64,000 bases of DNA. Origin: an uncultured Solirubrobacterales bacterium. Its GTDB lineage: Bacteria > Actinomycetota > Thermoleophilia > Solirubrobacterales > 70-9. This document shows positions 47,602 through 58,788 of this stretch, piece by piece. Each line of letters starts with the position of its first letter. Positions within the stretch are counted from its first letter, which is position 1. The notes under the pieces were generated by a model. It saw nothing but the letters and a program-made list of their open reading frames with translations, was not told the DNA's origin and made no database searches. Location: positions 158,799-222,798 of the forward strand of contig CAVXRV010000002.1 in NCBI GenBank assembly GCA_963764275.1. The letters are read 5' to 3'. Position numbers and translations under genes: made by a program.

Positions 47602-49169
47602 TCCTAGTCCTGTTGGTCCTGGGACTCCTGGTCCTGCCGGCGCCCATGGCCGGGGCCCGCCCCGGTGACGCCGCCGCCGGGTTCGGGCGGTACGGCCAGG
47701 TCGCGCTGCCGATGATTGCGGCGGTGTCGGGCGTCGCAGAGTTGCCCGACGGCAGAGTCGCAGTTGCCGGGGCCGCTCCGAGCGGGACGCCAACGGTCGT
47801 GATGCTCGACGCGACCGGCCGCCCCGACAGTCGGTTCGGCAGCCACGGTGTGATCAGCGTCAAGGCGTTCGAGCGGCCAGGCTACGTCGCGTCGACGGCC
47901 GACGGCGATCTGTTGCTGGTTGGCCATTCGAAGGACTACTTCACGACCTATGTTGCCGCTATACGCAAGGATGGCCAGCTAGACCCCGCGTTCGGGGACG
48001 GTGACGGCGTTGCGCGAATCGGAGACTCGGTTCTGCTCGGGCACGTCGATGTCGATCATCAAGGACGTATCGTCCTGTTCGGGGGAAGCCCCGGAGCGGT
48101 CCGCCTGCTGCCGGATGGCCGACCTGATCCCAGCTGGAACGGGAACGGGCGAGCGCAGGTGCCTGCTGGCTTCGAGCCGCTCGATGGAGGCATTGGGCCT
48201 GGTGACCGAGTCTTTCTGACCGGCAATACCGACACCCAGCGAGGCGCTGTGTACCTAACAGGCGCCGGGGGTCCGGATACAACCTACGCAGATCATGGGT
48301 TCGCGCCCGTCGGAGGCCCTTACGAGGCCGGCGGTACGCGCGCTGTGGCAACGGCGGACGGAGGCCTATTCCTCGCTTGGAACGACTGCTCCAGGGTCAC
48401 TGGCAACTGTCGGCCGCGGGGTGCGCGGGTTGACGCGGGCGGAGCCCTGAATCCCGGTTTCGGCCCCGGCGGGACTCGGGTCGCGGGATCCTTCAGACCG
48501 CTTGCCAGGGGCAATGGCGCTGTCACGGCCGGAGGTCCAACGACTCCGTCACAGAGTGGTCGACACGGTTCCGGACCGGCGGCGACAGATGTCCTCGAGC
48601 TGATCAGGGGCTCCGGGGTGCCGAGCGACGTATTCGGATACCAGGGCTTCGCCTATGTCTACGCGGGAAGACGCGCCACATACATTGAGGACGTAGCGGC
48701 GGCTACCCGCGGTGATGTCCTGGTGACGGGGGAGGTCCTCCATGGTGGGGAGCCGACGCACGGTTTTGTGGCGCGCTTTGTGGGGAGGGGCGGGAGCAGC
48801 GGCGATGCTGATGCGGATGGCCGTCGAGACTCACGCGATCGGTGCCCGGTACTGGCTGGCGATCGGCATCGCGGTTGTCCCAAGCTTGCCCGGCGGAGAC
48901 TCAGCCTGACCGCCTCGCCGCGCGGACTGCGTGGCCGGCTTCGCTCGAAGAGCAGGGAGTGCGCGACTGGGGTTGCCCTCAGGGTTATTCGACGCCATCG
49001 CGGCAATCGGCGCGTTATTGCCCATCCGAAGGTCGATCGTCGTGGCGCGTGGGCCGTGAAGCGCAAGCTTCGTGCCGGGGCCTACAGAGCGCGCCTTGGC
49101 GGAACTTTCCCCAACGGCGCCGGGTACTGTGGTCCTGCTTCAAGCCGGACTCGGCGGCTCGGTTCATAA
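47589..49169 (+). CDS. secreted delta-60-repeat (beta-propeller-like) protein with TSP3-like Cys motif and basic C-terminal domain
   Basis: Signal peptide RRIVLVLLVLGLLVLPAPMAGA. Repeated D.xFG..G motifs at roughly 55-60-aa spacing: DSRFGSHGVISV, DPAFGDGDGVARI, DPSWNGNGRAQV, DTTYADHGFAPV, NPGFGPGGTRVA. The C-terminus carries DADADGRRDSRDRCPVLAGDRHRGCP. Confidence 0.65.
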   Translation: MRRIVLVLLVLGLLVLPAPMAGARPGDAAAGFGRYGQVALPMIAAVSGVAELPDGRVAVAGAAPSGTPTVVMLDATGRPDSRFGSHGVISVKAFERPGYVASTADGDLLLVGHSKDYFTTYVAAIRKDGQLDPAFGDGDGVARIGDSVLLGHVDVDHQGRIVLFGGSPGAVRLLPDGRPDPSWNGNGRAQVPAGFEPLDGGIGPGDRVFLTGNTDTQRGAVYLTGAGGPDTTYADHGFAPVGGPYEAGGTRAVATADGGLFLAWNDCSRVTGNCRPRGARVDAGGALNPGFGPGGTRVAGSFRPLARGNGAVTAGGPTTPSQSGRHGSGPAATDVLELIRGSGVPSDVFGYQGFAYVYAGRRATYIEDVAAATRGDVLVTGEVLHGGEPTHGFVARFVGRGGSSGDADADGRRDSRDRCPVLAGDRHRGCPKLARRRLSLTASPRGLRGRLRSKSRECATGVALRVIRRHRGNRRVIAHPKVDRRGAWAVKRKLRAGAYRARLGGTFPNGAGYCGPASSRTRRLGS

Positions 49170-49303
49170 TTCGAGTAGCTCTAGCACGCGTCACGATCAC
49201 GGCGGCTAGGCGCAAAGCGGCGCCGACACTGGGCAGTGAATGCAAACGGTCGTTTGATTCTGCTGGCGCTCGCGACGGCTCGGCTACGACCGCCGCCCCG
49301 CCC

Positions 49304-50227
49304 TCAAGCCGGAGCAGATCCCGTCTGCTCCGTCTCCTCGGCCAGCCGTCGCGCGATCTCGCCGGCGGCGTTGCACATCTCGTCGAGCTCGGGGGCGCTG
49401 TCGTCGTGGCCCTTGCGGTTGACGCAGAGGCTGCCCGCCGAGCACTCGAAGGCGACGCCCTTCGGGGCCTGCTCGCTGAGCCAGACGATGAAGGAGGGGC
49501 TGAACAGGCGCTTGAGCCAGATCTCGTCGTCGTCGGGGCCGTAGAAGATCTCGAAGCGCTTGTCGAGCTCGGTGCTCTCGAGCTCGAGCCGCTTCATCCG
49601 CCGGAAGACGTCCTCGGCCGAGTCCATCCAGCGGAAGCCGGAGCGGCGCTGGCAGAAGACGTTGCTGATCTTCTGCGCGACGCCGGGGAGGTCGTGCATG
49701 ACGACGGTGAAGCGGTAGTAGTCGACGTCCTCGTGGCCCTCGCTGTCGCGGGTGCGCTCCTCGTAGGTGTAGAGGGCGATGCGCTCCCGGCAGGCCGCTG
49801 GGCAGGGTCCCGTTCATGATCTGCTCGGCGTAGCGGCGGTCGCCCTTGCGCAGCAGCGGCGTGGTCGGGGGCAGCGAGCCCTTCGCCTGGCGGTTGAGGC
49901 CGCGGGCGGCGGCGTAGGTGCTGGAAGAAGTCCTCCTCGGCCCGGTTCGAGGCGATCACGAAGACGATCAGCAGCGCCAGGACGAGGATCGCGCCCGCGG
50001 CCCCGCCGCCGATCGCCGCGCCGCCGCCGGCGGTGCCGGCGATGAAGGCGATGATCAGGAAGGTGACCGTGAGGCTGATCACCCACGGGTTGCGGAGCAG
50101 CCCGCGCAGGTGAGCGCCGCGGGTGTCGTCGGTGTCGAGCGGCACCGCCGGGGTGGGTGGCGGCGCTCGTCTCGATCTCCTCCGGGGCGGCTCCGGGCGG
50201 GGCGCTGTCGTGGGGCTCGCCGGCCAT
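49304..50227 (-). pseudogene. hypothetical membrane protein (possibly DUF3137-like), three or more frames as written
   Basis: The N-terminus is in ORF 49814..50227. The TM pair is in ORF 49594..50265 (NPWVISLTVTFLIIAFIAGTAGG...LVLALLIVFVIASN). The C-terminal domain is in ORF 49304..49699 (RWMDSAEDVFRRMKRLELES...). The family guess is weak. Confidence 0.4.
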
Positions 50228-50414
50228 CGCCCGCGCAATCTATCGCCGCGTGCGCAAGGGCGCACTGCAAGTCCGGTTGCAGGGAGGAGTCATCTGGGCG
50301 ATGGCGTGGGCGCGTCTCCCACCGCTCGCAACCCCTTTGTCCAAGCCGTTTTCATCGTGGAAAGGCACCGGTAGCAGTTCCGTCCGACGGAGGTTGTGTA
50401 GTGCCTGACCAGAT

Positions 50415-50445
50415 TTGTGTGGCGTTGTGGCGAAAAGTGGGGTAC
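50415..50445 (+). promoter_or_regulatory. candidate MraZ operator (three GTGG direct repeats) upstream of mraZ
   Basis: tgtGTGGcgttGTGGcgaaaaGTGGggtactgtg has GTGG at 50419, 50427 and 50437. It lies about 135-155 nt upstream of the mraZ ATG, which fits the known self-regulation of dcw promoters by MraZ through short G-rich direct repeats. Confidence 0.35.
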
Positions 50446-50572
50446 TGTGTCGCGCCAGTTGTGATCACCAGGGCCGGGGTGTGGAGATTCCTCCCATCTC
50501 CTCACCTCGGCCCTTTCTCTTTCAGCACCGGCGGAATTCGCCGCACACGCAGCACAGACCTCCTCCAGCAAG

Positions 50573-51031
50573 ATGGCTTTCCGCGGACAGCACGAGCACA
50601 GCCTCGACGCAAAGGACCGGATCACGATTCCGGCCAATCAGCGCGCCGCCCTCGCCGACGGGGTCGTCGTGATGGAGGGCGTCGAGAAGTGCGTCGAGGT
50701 CTGGCCGAAGGCCGCCGCCGAGGCGATGGAGGAGGCCTGGATCACGCCGCTGAGCCCGATGGGCGCCGACACGCGCCGCATCCGCCGCCGCGTCTTCGGC
50801 AGCTCCGACGAGGTCGAGCTCGACTCGGCGGGCCGGATCCGCATCAACCGCAACCTGATCGAGCACGCCGGGCTCGCCGGCCCCTCCCTGATCGTCGGCG
50901 TCGGCGATCACCTCGAGATCTGGAGCGCCGACGCCTGGGGCGAGGAGAGCTCGGAGATCGGCGCGACCGCCGCGGAGCTGACCGAGCGGCTCGCCGCGCA
51001 GTCGCCGGCCGGTGGGGCGGGGCAGAGCTGA
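50573..51031 (+). CDS. mraZ: transcriptional regulator MraZ
   Basis: Intact 152-aa ORF. It has two SpoVT/AbrB-like halves with the duplicated DxxxR motif (LDAKDRITIP and LDSAGRIRIN). Confidence 0.9.
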   Translation: MAFRGQHEHSLDAKDRITIPANQRAALADGVVVMEGVEKCVEVWPKAAAEAMEEAWITPLSPMGADTRRIRRRVFGSSDEVELDSAGRIRINRNLIEHAGLAGPSLIVGVGDHLEIWSADAWGEESSEIGATAAELTERLAAQSPAGGAGQS

Positions 51032-51035
51032 GCGG

Positions 51036-51995
51036 ATGGCCACACTGACCTACATGCCCGCCGAGCACGTCCCAGTCCTCGCCGCCGAGCTCATCGGCCT
51101 CACCGATCCCCAGCCGGGCGACGTCGTCGTCGACTGCACCTTCGGGGCCGGCGGCCACGCGCGCCTGCTCGCCGAGCGGATCGGTCCCGAGGGGACGCTG
51201 ATCGCGATCGACCGCGACCCGGCGGCGATCGAGCGCTTCGAGGAGTTCGCGGCCGAGGCCGAGTGCGAGACGCGCCTGCTCTCCGCCCGCTTCGACGAGG
51301 CGCTCGCAGAGCTGCGCGCCGAGGGCGTCCGCGCCGACATCGTCATCTTCGACCTCGGCGTCTCCTCGATGCAGATCGACGCCTGGGAGCGCGGCTTCTC
51401 CTACTCCTTCGACGCGCCGCTCGACATGCGCATGGACCCGCGCCTGGACCTGAGCGCGGCGGAGGTCGTCAACGAGTGGCCGGAGGCGCGGCTGGCCGAG
51501 GTGATCCGCTCCTACGGCGACGAGCGCCGCGCCCGCTCGGTCGCCCGTGAGATCGTCGCCCGGCGCCCGATCGAGCGCACCTCCGAGCTCGTCGAGGCGG
51601 TCAAGGCGGCGCTGCCGCCGGCCGAGCGCTTCGGCCGCGGCAATCCCGCCAAGCGCACCTTCCAGGCGCTGCGGATCGCGGTCAACGACGAGCTGGGCGC
51701 GCTCGACGCGGCGTTGCCCGAGGCCTGGGAGCTGCTCGCGACAGGCGGGCGGCTGGCGGCGATCAGCTTCCACTCGCACGAGGACCGGCGCGTCAAGCGC
51801 TTCATCGCCGACCTCGCCCGCGGGTGCATCTGCCCGCCGGAGCTTCCCGTCTGCCGCTGCGGCCACGAGCCGGAGGCGGAGCCGCTCGCCCGGGGAGGCG
51901 TAACCCCCTCCGACGGCGAAGTATCCGACAACCCGAGGGCCTCCTCGGCCCGCCTGCGGGCGGCCGTGAAGCTCGAGCGAGGAGGGAATTCCTGA
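51036..51995 (+). CDS. rsmH: 16S rRNA (cytosine1402-N4)-methyltransferase RsmH
   Basis: ATG 51036. Motifs: HVPVL, VVDCTFGAGGHA, DLGVSSMQID, RGFSY, DAPLDMRMD, SFHSHEDRRVK. Confidence 0.9.
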   Translation: MATLTYMPAEHVPVLAAELIGLTDPQPGDVVVDCTFGAGGHARLLAERIGPEGTLIAIDRDPAAIERFEEFAAEAECETRLLSARFDEALAELRAEGVRADIVIFDLGVSSMQIDAWERGFSYSFDAPLDMRMDPRLDLSAAEVVNEWPEARLAEVIRSYGDERRARSVAREIVARRPIERTSELVEAVKAALPPAERFGRGNPAKRTFQALRIAVNDELGALDAALPEAWELLATGGRLAAISFHSHEDRRVKRFIADLARGCICPPELPVCRCGHEPEAEPLARGGVTPSDGEVSDNPRASSARLRAAVKLERGGNS

Positions 51996-52837
51996 TGGCA
52001 GCCACCGCAACGAGCGTCCGCACGACGGCCCGCGCGCCGACCGGCCCGCAGCGCCCCCGCACGGCGGGTGCAGACTCCCTCCAAGCGCGCCGCCACCACG
52101 CGCCGGGCTCCGGCCCGTAAGCCCGCTTCGCGCCCGCGCTCATCCGCCGCCGCTCCGGCCCGCCGCTCGCGGGTCACGCCGCCTGCGGGCGTGGTGCGCC
52201 TGCCCGTGCACGCGGTCGCCGGCACCGCCGGCGCCGTCAGCGGCCTCGCCGACTCCTCGCTGATCGTCTCGATGACCCGCAGCCGCGCCTGGATCGGCTT
52301 GCTCGCCGTGCCTGCTCGGCGGGATCGTCGCCGTCAACGTCTGGGGCCTGAGCATGAGCGCCTCGAGCAGCTCGATGGCCGAGAAGATCGACCGGCTCGA
52401 GCAGGACAACAGCGTCCTCGGCGCGACGATCGCGAAGCTCGGCTCGAGCGATCGGATCGCCAAGCTCGCCGGCAAGGAGGGCCTCGACACCGCCGACGCC
52501 GAAGGCGATCGCCTACCTGAAGTCGAAGCGCTCCGACATCGCCGCCGCCGCCAAGCGGCTCCACAGCGGCGACATCTCGAGCCTCTCCTCGCTGCCGAGC
52601 ACCTCGGCGACGGCGTCGGCAACGGTGATGCCGACAACCCCTGCGCCCGTCCCCGCGCCCACGAGCACCGACCCGACGGCGACTGCGACGGCGACGAGCA
52701 CCGACCCGACGGCTGCGGCGACAACCTCCACGCCGACCATCGCAGCGCCGACGGCGCCAACTACGGCCACGAGCACCCCTTCGAGCACGTCGACCTCCTC
52801 CACCACCGACCCGTCCCTCGGCGGCGTCACCCCCTGA
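51995..52837 (+). pseudogene. FtsL-like septation protein with Thr/Pro-rich tail, several frames as written
   Basis: ATG 51995 overlaps the rsmH stop (TGATG). The TM and coiled-coil text are split over ORFs 51824..52120, 52068..52520 (SRAWIGLLAV), 52354..52863 (MAEKIDRLEQDNSVLGATIAKL) and 52625..52837 (TPAPVPAPTSTDPTATATATS...). Position in the dcw order supports the call. Confidence 0.5.
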
Positions 52838-52859
52838 GCGGGATGAGGGAGCGGCGCGC

Positions 52860-54530
52860 GTGAAGCTGATCGAGCGCAGGGTCGGCCTCCTCTTCGCGCT
52901 CTTTGCGCTGGCCTTCGTCGGCGTGCTCGGGCGCGCCGCGTGGCTGCAGACGGTCAAGGGCGGCCAGTACAGCGCCGACGCGCACTCGCAGCAGACGGCG
53001 ACGGTGACCGTGCCCGGGACGCGCGGCAGCATCCTCGACCGCAGGGGCGAGGGGCTCGCGGTCTCCGAGGACGCGGCGACGATCTTCGCCACGCCGTATC
53101 AGGTCAAGAATCCGCCGCGCACGGCGGCGAAGCTGGCGAAGCTCATCAAGGGCAGCAAGGAGACGGACATCCTCAAGGCGCTGACCGCCAACTCCGGCTT
53201 CGAGTACGTCGCTCGGCAGGTGCCGCTCTCGGAGGCGAACAAGGTGGAGAAGCTCGGCCTCGCCGGGATCGGGACCCTGCCCGACTCGCGCCGCGTCTAT
53301 CCGCAGGGCGACATCGGCGGCCGCCTGATCGGCGCCGTCGGCACCGACGGTCAGGGGCTGTTCGGGATCGAGGGCTCCGAGAACGGCGTCCTGCAGGGCA
53401 CCGACGGCCAGGTCGCGGTGACGCGCGACGCGCTCGGGGACGAGATCCGCCGCAACACGATCAGCAACGCGCAGACGGGCGGCAACGTCGAGCTCACGAT
53501 CGACGGCAAGATCCAGGCGGAGACCGAGAGCGTCCTGAACGAGGTCGGCAAGACCTACGACCCGAACGGGGCGACCGCGATCGTGATGAACCCGCAGTCG
53601 GGCGACATCCTCGCGATGGCGAGCTGGCCCCCGGTCGATCCCGACGAAGCTCGACGACGCGAAGCCGGACCTGCTCTCGAACATGGCGACCTCGTTCACC
53701 TACGAGCCCGGCTCGACCTTCAAGGCCTTCACCGTCGCCGGCGCCGAGCAGGACGGGCTCGTCAAGCCGACGACGACCTTCGACCTGCCGCCGACGCTGC
53801 AGGTCGCCGACCGGCAGATCAGCGATGCCGAGGCGCGCGGCCCGGAGACGATGAGCGTCGCCGAGATCCTCAAGGTCTCCTCGAACGTCGGCGCGGACAC
53901 GATCGGCCTCAAGCTCAACCACGGCCAGTTCGGCTCGCGCTTCGACCACTGGGTGCGGCGGTTCGGCTTCGGCAAGCCGACCGGCATCGACTACCCGGGC
54001 GAGGAGCAGGGGATCGTCCCGCGGCCCAAGGACTACTCGGGCTCGACGATGGGCAACCTGCCGATCGGCCAGGGCCTCGCGGTGACGCCGCTGCAGATGA
54101 TCACCGCGTACGCGGCGATCGCCAACGGCGGCGTGCTGCGGACGCCGCGCCTGATCGAGTCGATCGACGGCGAAGAAGCAGCCCCGAAACAAGGCGGCAC
54201 CGGGTGATCAGCCGCAAGACGGCCCGCGATCTGCGGACGATGCTCGAGGGCGTGGTCGAGCCAGGCGGCACCGCCTCGGTCGCGGTCCCCGGCTACGTGC
54301 TCGCCGGCAAGACCGGCACCGCCCAGAAGGTCATCAACGGCACCTACTCGGACACCCAGTACATCGCCTCTTTCATCGGCTTCGCGCCGGCCGATCATCC
54401 GGAGCTGCTCGCCGCGGTCGTCGTCGACGACCCGAAGGGCGGCAACTACTACGGCGGCACGGTCGCCGCGCCGGCCTTCGGCAAGATCGCGTCGTTCGCG
54501 CTGCCTTACCTCGGGATCCCGCCCAACTGA
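52860..54530 (+). pseudogene. ftsI: penicillin-binding protein 2 / FtsI-type transpeptidase, two compensating frame changes as written
   Basis: The N-terminal TM and dimerisation domain, and the C-terminus (KTGTAQK, YIASFIGFAP), are in the frame of GTG 52860. The segment carrying the active-site STFK and SSN motifs lies in ORF 53683..54207, one frame off. Confidence 0.85.
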
Positions 54531-54717
54531 GGGGTTGGTGGCGGGGAGCGGGCGCGGGCGCGGCTCCGGCGACAGCAGCACCTCCGCCGCGCCCGCTCCC
54601 GCTGTGACGTCGCTGGTTGGCCGGTTCGTGGCCGGCCCCGCTCCTGGTGCGCGGGCGAGGGGGGCCGGGCAGGGTCGTGGGCTCAGCCGCCCCCTCCGAC
54701 CCTAGAATCGCCTGCCG

Positions 54718-56229
54718 ATGAGGCTCGGCGCGCTCTGTGGCGACATCGGGAAGCTCTCCGCCGCCGCAGCGGATGACCCCGAGATCACCGATCTGGTCTT
54801 CGACAGCCGCAAGGCCTCGGCCCGGGTGCCTGTTCTTCTGCGTCGTCGGGATGAGCTCCGACGGGCACGAGTTCGCTCCGGCCGCGGTCGAGGCGGGGGC
54901 CGCGGCGCTGGTCGTCGAGCGGCCGCTCGGGCTCGGGGTGCCCGAGGTCCTGGTCGACGACGCCCGCGCGGCGATGGCGCCGCTCGCGCAGCGCTTCTTC
55001 GGCGATCCGACCGCGACGCTGGCGCTCGCGGCCGTGACCGGCACGAACGGCAAGACGACGACGGCGTTCCTGGTGCGCTCGATCCTCGAGGCGGCGGGCA
55101 TGCGCTGCGGGCTGCTCGGCACGATCCGCCAGATCGTCGGCGGCGAGACCGTCGAGGCGGTGCGCACGACGCCGGAGGCGATCGACCTGCAGCGCACCTT
55201 CGCGGCGATGCTGGCCGCGGGCGACCGCGCCGCTGCGATCGAGATCTCCTCGCACGCGCTCGTGCTCGGGCGGGCCGACTGCGTGCACGTCGCCGGCGGC
55301 GGCGTTCACGAACCTGACCCAGGACCACCTCGACTTCCACGCCGACATGGAGGACTACTTCGAGGCCAAGCGGCTGCTGTTCACCGGCGTGACGGGCCGC
55401 CGCGAGCCGCCGCGGGTCTCGGCGATCAACGTCGACGACGCGTACGGGCAGCGGCTGCTCGCGGCGACCTGCGCGCGGCGGGACGGCGACGGAGATCGTC
55501 ACCTTCTCGGCCGCCGGGCGCCGAGGCCGACTGCAGCGCCACCGAGCGTCGAGTTCGACGCCGCCGGCGCGACGCTTCACGCTGCGCGCGTCGCGGCGCG
55601 CGAGCATGGCGTCGCGCTGCCGCTGCCCGGTCGCTTCAACGTCGAGAACGCGCTCGCCGCGCTCGCCCTCGCCGGCGGCCTCGGCGTCGCCGCTCGCGGA
55701 CGCGGTCGCGGCGCTGCGCGAGGCCGAGCCCGTGCCGGGCCGGATGGAGCCGATCCGCGAGGGGCAGGAGTTCGCCGTGCTCGTCGACTACGCGCACACG
55801 CCCGACTCGCTCGTCAACGTGCTCGCGGCGGCGCGCGAGCTGACCGGCGGGCCGGCTGATCAGCGTCGTCGGCTGCGGCGGCGACCGCGACCGCGCGAAG
55901 CGGCCGCTGATGGGCGCCGCGGCCGCCGACGGCCTCCGACGTCTGCTTCGTCACCTCCGACAACCCGCGCTCCGAGGACCCGGACGCGATCATCGCCGAG
56001 ATCCTCGACCGGGATCGACGATCGCGCGCAACGTCGTCGTCGAGGTCGACCGGCGCAAGGCGATCGCGATGGCGCTCGGCGCAGGCCCGCGCCGGGGACC
56101 TCGTCGTGATCGCCGGCAAGGGGCACGAGCAGGGACAGGAGTTCGAGGGCGGCCGCAAGGAGCCCGTTCGACGACCGCGAGGTCGCCGCGGGAGCGAGCT
56201 GCGCGGCGCTGGGGGTCGGGGCGGCGTGA
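54718..56229 (+). pseudogene. murE: UDP-N-acetylmuramoyl-tripeptide synthetase MurE, multiple frame changes as written
   Basis: Pieces lie in ORFs 54718, 54737 ([17 protein letters not shown]), 55347 ([12 protein letters not shown]; [11 protein letters not shown]), 55606 ([12 protein letters not shown]) and 56106 (IAGKGHEQGQEF). The probable stop is TGA 56227-56229. Confidence 0.8.
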
Positions 56230-57656
56230 TCGACCTGCCCGGCCGAGCGGCTCGCCGCCGAGGGCGGCGCCGAGATCGCCGTGCGCGGCGAGCGGGCGAG
56301 TTCCCCGAGCGCGCCGTCGTCGACTCGCGCGAGGTCGGGCCCGGCGATCTGTTCTTCGGCATCGCGGGCGAGCAACGTGGACGGTGGCCGCTTCGCCGCC
56401 GACGCGATCGCGGCCGGAGCCTGGGGCGTGGTCGTCGATCCCCGCCACGCCGCCGACCTGGAGCCCGATGGCGGCGACCGCGGTCGCGTCGGCGAGGGCC
56501 GTGCCTGGGTCCTCTCGACACCGGACCCGGAGCGCTGCCTGCAGGCGCATGGCGCGGCGGCTGGCGGCGCACGATCGGCTGCCCGCTGGTCGGGATCACC
56601 GGCTCGACCGGCAAGACCTCGGTCAAGGACATCACCCGGGCGCTGCTGCCCGGCGCGGTCGCACGCCAGCCCGGAGAACTTCAACACCGAGATCGGCATG
56701 CCGCTGGCGCTGCTCGTCGGCGCCGCGCGAGACCGAGATCCTCGTCATGGAGATGGCGATGCGCGGGCACGGGCCAGATCCGCCAGCTCTGCGAGATCGC
56801 CGAGCCGGACGTCGCCGCGATCACCAACGTCGGGCCCGGTCCACCTCGAGCTGCTCGGCACGCTCGAGGCGATCGCCGAGGCGAAGGCGGAGATCCTCGC
56901 CGGGCTCGAGCTCCGCGGCGACGAGGGCCGGGCCGTCGTGCCGGCGGACGCGGAGGCGCTCGAGCCGCACCTGCACGACGAGCTCATCGACCTTCACCTT
57001 CGGCCCCGGCGGCGACGTCTTCGCGCTCAGCGGCGACGCGCGCGGGCACCTCGATGCGGGCGCGGATCGGCACCCCGCACGGCGAGGCCGACTTCGAGTT
57101 CGGCTTCACCGAGGACGCACAACCTGCGCAACGCGCTCTGCGCGGTCGCGATCGGCGTCGCGCTCGACCTCGACCCGGCGGCGATGGCGCGCGAACGCGT
57201 CGCGGATACAGTTCTCGCGCCTTCGCGGCGAGCGGATCGCGCTGCGCGGGGGAATCCTGCTGCTCAACGACTGCTACAACGCCAACCCGATCTCGATGCG
57301 CGCCGCGCTCGAGCACCTCGCCTCCGAGCCGACGCCCGGAGGCGGCCGCCACGTGGCGGTCCTCGGCGGCATGGCCGAGCTCGGGCGCGACGGGCCCCGA
57401 GTATCCACGAGCGAGATCGCCGAGCTCGCCCGCGGGCTCGGGGTCGAGCCCGCTGATCGGCGTCGGCGACCTCGCCCGCGACTACGCGCCGGACGAGTGG
57501 GTCGCGACGCCGGCCGAGGCGGCGACGCTCGCCGCCGAGCACGCTCGGCGAGGGCGACGTCGCGCTGATCAAGGGTCGCGCTCGGTCGGCCTCGAGCTGG
57601 TCGCCGACACGCTCATGCGCCGAGCTCGGCGCAGGAGACGGAGGCGGAGCGAGTGA
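56226..57656 (+). pseudogene. murF: UDP-N-acetylmuramoyl-tripeptide--D-alanyl-D-alanine ligase MurF, multiple frame changes as written
   Basis: GTG 56226 forms a GTGA junction with murE. Fragments include VVDSREVGPGDLFFGIAGE, GITGSTGKTSVKD, NFNTEIGMPLALL, NVGPVHLE, LLNDCYNANP and ALIKGSRSVGLE, distributed over ORFs 56106..57656, 56281..57456 and 55910..57568. Confidence 0.8.
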
Positions 57657-57700
57657 CGCCGCATCGCTAGCGTCGCTCGGCGGCGACGTCGGCCTCGACG

Positions 57701-58680
57701 GTGATCGACCGCGGTCGAGATCCTGATCGGCGGCATGGCGGCGATGCTGATCACGATCTTCCTCGGGCCGAAGTTCATCGAGATCCTTCGCAACCGCGAG
57801 TTCGGCCAGCAGATCCGCGAGGAGGGCCCGCAGGGCCACCACGAGAAGGCCGGGACGCCGACGATGGGCGGGCTGATCATCTTCGCCGCGATCTCGATCC
57901 CCTACCTGGTGCTCAGCGACCGCGACACCGAGAGCCTCGCCGTCTTCCTCGTCGCGCTCGGCAGCGCCGGGCTCGGCTTCGCCGACGACTGGATCAAGAT
58001 CGTCAAGCGACGCTCGCTCGGCCTCTCGGCGCGCGTGGAAGCTGCTCGGCCAGATCGCGCTCGACGATGCTCCTCTGGTGGTTCGCCTTCCAGTCGGTCG
58101 GCCTCGACCCGAGGCTGCAGCTCCGCGTCTGGGATGTCGCACCTGTACCTCGGGCCGGCGGTCTACGTGATCCTCACCTTCTTCGTCCTCGCCGGCGCCA
58201 GCAACGGCGTCAACCTCACCGACGGCCTCGACGGGCTCGCGGCGGGATCGCTGCGCGATCGTCTTCCTCGCCTACATGGCGATCACGATGACCACCGGCC
58301 AGCAGGGCCTCGCGCTGCTCTCGGCCTGCCTGGTCGGCGCCTGCGTCGGCTTCCTGTGGTTCAACGCCCACCCGGCGACGATCTTCATGGGCGACACGGG
58401 CTCGCTCGGCCTCGGCGGCGCGATCGGCGCCCTGGCGATCATGACCCAGACCGAGGTCCTGCTGATCATCCTCGGCGGCATCTTCGTCATGGAGGCGCTC
58501 TCGGTCGCGATCCAGGTGTTCGCGTTCAAGACCTTCCGCCGCCGCGTCTTCCTGATGGCCCCGATCCACCACCACTTCGAGATGATGGCCTGGTCGGAGA
58601 CGAAGATCATGCTCCGCTTCTGGATCATCGCCGCCGTCTGCGCCGGCATCGGCTACACCCTCTTCCAGAACTCGATTTGA
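57701..58680 (+). pseudogene. mraY: phospho-N-acetylmuramoyl-pentapeptide transferase MraY, frame changes as written
   Basis: GPKFIEILRNREFGQQIREEGPQGHHEKAGTPTMGG and DDWIKI are in ORF 57735..58847. NGVNLTDGLDGLA lies in a shifted stretch. MGDTGSLGLGG and APIHHHFE are in ORF 58276..58680. The start is tentatively GTG 57701, with an early indel. Confidence 0.8.
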
Positions 58681-58690
58681 CGGCGGGCTG

Positions 58691-58788
58691 GAGCCCGCTG
58701 CTCGGCGTCCCGCTTCGCTCACGTGCGGAGAGGTCGGCGGCGGGCCGGGAGCCCGATGCTCGGCGTCCCGCTTCGCTCACGTGCGGAG
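58691..58788. repeat. 58-bp-period direct repeat x2 immediately after mraY
   Basis: The 40-nt core GAGCCCG(C/A)TGCTCGGCGTCCCGCTTCGCTCACGTGCGGAG occurs at 58691-58730 and 58749-58788, with one mismatch. Confidence 0.85.
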
